Assembly: GCA_011109175.1 (NCBI GenBank)
Contig: RDEW01000085.1
Coordinates: 45,975-109,974 of the forward strand
DNA length: 64,000 nucleotides
Source of the DNA: Dicyema japonicum
Lineage: Eukaryota; Animalia; Dicyemida
Direction: 5' to 3'
Shown here: piece by piece, positions 60,396-64,000 of the stretch
How the letters are laid out: the number at the start of each line of letters is the position of its first letter
Numbering within the stretch: position 1 is the stretch's first letter
Position numbers and translations under genes: made by a program
Notes under the pieces: model-generated
Databases searched by the model: none
Told to the model about the DNA's origin: nothing
The model's input: the letters and a program-made list of their open reading frames with translations, nothing else

Positions 60396-62039
60396 AAAGA
60401 GCGGGAAAAATAGACAAATTATTTTAGTAAACTATTTTTAATATTATAAAGATTATAAATTTTATATTCACAAATAAATGATCTGTTACATAAAGCATCA
60501 TAGGGTTAACAGTTCTGTCATGGCTTTGGTTCTCCTATTACTTACATGGTCGAGGTTTCTTTATTCAGTTCCTGTCGTCTACCTGATTTATGTGGAATCT
60601 AGTACCAGAGTGACATTTAAGAAGACCATTAAACCTCCCAACCCTGTTTGATTATTCCTCAATGGTTCCTACAATTGGTATAAACTGGACGATTTCTTTC
60701 TTCTGGTTCAGGATGGACCTATAAGAACTTCCCAGTGTCTGTAGGAACCTGATATTATGTGAAGAATTGACATTTGATCTGTAGAAGGTGAGTAGGGCAC
60801 CTTCCACATTGTACACGAATGTGAATAACTCGATTTATAATAATTTTATTTTAAATTGACAACTCGTGAGTCCTGTGTCAAATTTCAAATGTGCTTATTA
60901 ATCTGGTTGTTTCTGTCCTCATAGTTGGAATTCGAGTTTTTAGGATCATACTGCAATTTTTTGAATTACTGATTGTTGTGAAATCTTGTGGCTCTGGAAG
61001 ATACAAGAGAAACCCCGTGGTCTAAATAAGATATCTAAGTTTGGAAAATGACCCGGACGTAATTTCCAGAAAATGGAAAAAAACATCATCATAGAGGGGT
61101 CTTTAAGGAAAACTATGGTTCGTGGGAACCAAGATCGTCTGGTGAGGTGGTGACGTATAATTTTTAATATCTCTAGTACAGTAGATGTCTTCAAGATGAA
61201 TATTACCTCTCGCCCCATTCTCGGACTTGGAAACATCAGATACAAGAACTTCTAAAATATGGAAGCATTGGATGTACTACAATTTGAAAAAAATATCAAG
61301 GCAGACCAAGAATGACCCTACCAGTTATCCTTAACAATGACCTATCCAAAATGACCTACACAACAGTACTATAGGACCTGATATGAGCCTCCACAAGATG
61401 AATATTAATTTTTTANGAATGACCCTACCAGTTATCCTTAACAATGACCTATCCAAAATGACCTACACAACAGTATTATAGGACCTGATACGAGCCTCCA
61501 CAAGATGAATATTAATTTTTTATTTTATTTTTATTTTTTTTTATTTTTTTTATTACAATGTATTTTATTATAAGGAAAAAGAATAGTTAATTTTAATTTT
61601 TATTTATTTAACCCATGACCAAGATGAATATTAATGATTACTATCTATCGAACTTTATAATAATAAACAAAAATTATATAAAGAATATAGTTTAAATAAA
61701 ATTGGTTTTTAAAAAAATAATACACTCTTTATTACAATCATTAGCATGAGGTCACTAATAGGAGGAAGTGGATGAAACTAACCAGTGATTTGCTAACTCG
61801 TGTTGCACATGCTTTGTCAAGTCCTATGACATAGCGATAATTGCTAATTATAATAGCATGAGATCACAATATTAATGACTATTTTAATGTCACAATACGG
61901 CATGGAATATGAAAAATTATTTGAATAGTCACATTTTTCCATTTTTCTCTCTTCGTGTTCACTTTCTTCCACTTTGCTTTATCGACTCACATCCAACACT
62001 TTGGAGGTCTTCACAAAAGATGACTTTGGTTGTCAACCA

Positions 62040-62300
62040 AATTTATAAGTGGTGTTGAAAAATATACTTTCTTCTGCTAAACCTGACCTAGGCCACGCTT
62101 CTAAGCAAGTCGAGGATGAGAAGAAAGTACCGATGCAATTCAATTTTTTGTCCCCTGTTAAGATGTCAGATTTCCAGACTTCGAGAATTCCAAAAATAAG
62201 AAAATACGATATTCTCTCCACCAAAATCCGCATAAAGCCCGTGGTCGTAAAGTCTTTGGGTTCAAGGCGGTCTCTTTTCTATGATCTTTTGGGTCTATGA
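62040..62300 (+). mobile_element. CRE RLE C-terminal remnant
   Basis: PDLGHASKQVEDEK..YDIL..PVVVKSLG vs SDPGHASKQAEERK..PFAVETSG in the full element. Confidence 0.6.
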
Positions 62301-62658
62301 TATAGAAAGTGAGTAACGAGCGTCGGGAAACTGAGTGACAGTTCCAAAGGATTTCTCTGCAGCAGTTGTCAGGAGAAGCACACACTCAATTCTTTCAGCA
62401 GGACCATTGTGATTGTTTTGCCACGTAATAAATTGATTTAAATAAATTTTTTTTAATAAAAATGGCCCACATGTAGAGTAAACCCCCAATAATCCGAACT
62501 TTAATAATCTGAATTTTTTGATGAGTCAGCTAAATTTCATCAAAATTTAATTGTTCATAAACCGAAACTTCATAATCCGCAATCCGAAAGACATTATTCA
62601 AAATTTCGGAGTAATTAATTCTGTTTTTATTCTACACATAATTATTATTATCCAAAAA

Positions 62659-63440
62659 TCAATCAATCAAAAGTGGTCCCCGACAACATAATCGACGTTG
62701 AGTTGCCTGTCGCGATCGCAACAGAGATTCACTGGAGAAGCCACCGTGACTTTTTAGTGTAGCTATGTGTCTAAGATTCTTTAGGAAACGAATTCCTCCA
62801 GTAGTTTCAATAACTATGGGGTAGAACGTGAATCGATCGCGTAGCTCTTCGTATTTTTTCTCCTTTGCCCTCATTTTTTTTGCGGGATACAGTGAGTCTA
62901 CCGCGCTTCCGATAATGTTAGATGGGAAAAGGAGGTCGACAAACGTAGCATCCCATATCAAAAGTTTTCCCTCCTCGAATGGAAAAATTGTGATTTAGTT
63001 AGGCCGTTTTTCGTCTCCTCTGTCCAAGTATGGTGGGGCATCCATCAGACTCCAGGGCTTGTTTACCAAGTCCGTTGATCTCCTCATATCTTTGGAATTG
63101 TCCTGCACTTTTTCGACAAGAAAAGGATAAAGTCCATAACAGTCGACAGTGCCATCAGACCGGTATTTGTGAGTCTGCCAAATCTTCAGTCCAAGTCTGG
63201 TGGAGATGCCGATGTGGACAGTATCGTCGTCAAACTTGGTTCCGACACTACCAACAGAGAGGGCATTGATCCAAGCGCCACTCCATTCGCATCTTCGAGT
63301 GACTAGACAGGCACATCGAGAGATGCCGATGTGGACAGTATCGTCGTCAAACTGGGTTCCGACACTACCAACAGAGAGGGCATTGATCCAAGCGCCACTC
63401 CATTCGCATCTTCGAGTGACTAGACAGGCACATCGATGTT
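62659..63440 (-). mobile_element. CRE-clade 3' remnant
   Basis: SGAWINAL..DDDTVHIGISTRLGL; DEKRPN..IWDATFVD..EKKYEEL..FYPIVIETTG. Confidence 0.8.
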
Positions 63441-63714
63441 AATTTGATTGGTTCAGTAGCCTCTCATATTCATCTTCGCAGATTATCCTGTAACGGTATT
63501 TCTGCCTTTACATTATTTGAATTTAAATTTAAAATCTTACAGTGCCACATGGTTAGAAAGAGGACCGAAATGTCAATTGCACAGAAAAGAAAGATTTGTA
63601 AAATAAAAATACATAAAAAATGGCTCAACGATTTCATAAATTTTTGAAAGCCGTGAAAAGTGGGAAAACTATAAACTTAATAATTCACTTGTTTAATAGA
63701 TTTTAAGGATTTTA

Positions 63715-64000
63715 TTTATTTAACCCCAAAACCACTAAAAAGGATAGGTCAAAACTAACTAATTAAGTGATCCCAGTCTCCAACAACATCCGAACTCTCT
63801 TGATATGGTCTTCTGATGACCCAACCATATTCCGGAAGCGTTTAAAAACGTGGCGTATGCGGTTCACCTGTTGTTGTGGTGGCGCTCAGTGCAAGTTCTC
63901 CATGGAAGAGAACCGTTCGACTTTTCATACCTTTCTGCGATCTTCAGAAGGGTGGCCTACCAACTCCCGCGTTTTCTCTTTACTACTTCTATCTGGTGAT
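63715..64000 (-). mobile_element. LINE 3' end
   Basis: Reverse strand CTGGGATCACTTAATTAGTTAGTT..GGGGTTAAATAAAT terminal motif shared with other LINE ends. Confidence 0.55.

Noticed and set aside
1083-63438. Tandem repeats as CRISPR arrays or duplicated alternative exons
   Set aside because: Always two long copies with no repeat-spacer structure, no cas genes, a eukaryotic context and n-joined junctions; best explained by assembly

Overview
AT-rich, repeat-dense eukaryotic (animal) genomic scaffold with 5 N-gaps and more than 20 read-length tandem duplications that look like assembly artefacts. Recognisable multi-exon host genes are C6orf136-like, an STK36/Fused-like ARM region, a small C-clamp protein, TMEM17, RBM25, GEMIN2, an adhesion GPCR, a Piwi-clade Argonaute and HMCES; one coiled-coil gene is unassigned. 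Their introns are mostly 23-28 nt. Together with ciliary genes this points (inference) to a reduced ciliated metazoan such as a dicyemid mesozoan. The intergenic space is filled with decayed transposons: CRE-clade and R4-like RLE retrotransposons, Jockey/I-like and RTE LINEs, hAT Charlie/Buster-type elements, Tc1, an intron-containing DD35E integrase and a tRNA-derived SINE. The most striking signal is the Piwi gene (55471-57552, minus): it keeps the N, L1, L2, MID and PIWI segments and the D-E-D-H catalytic residues, but appears to lack the whole PAZ domain within one open exon. All homology calls are by-eye motif recognition from remembered family sequences; no database search was run.
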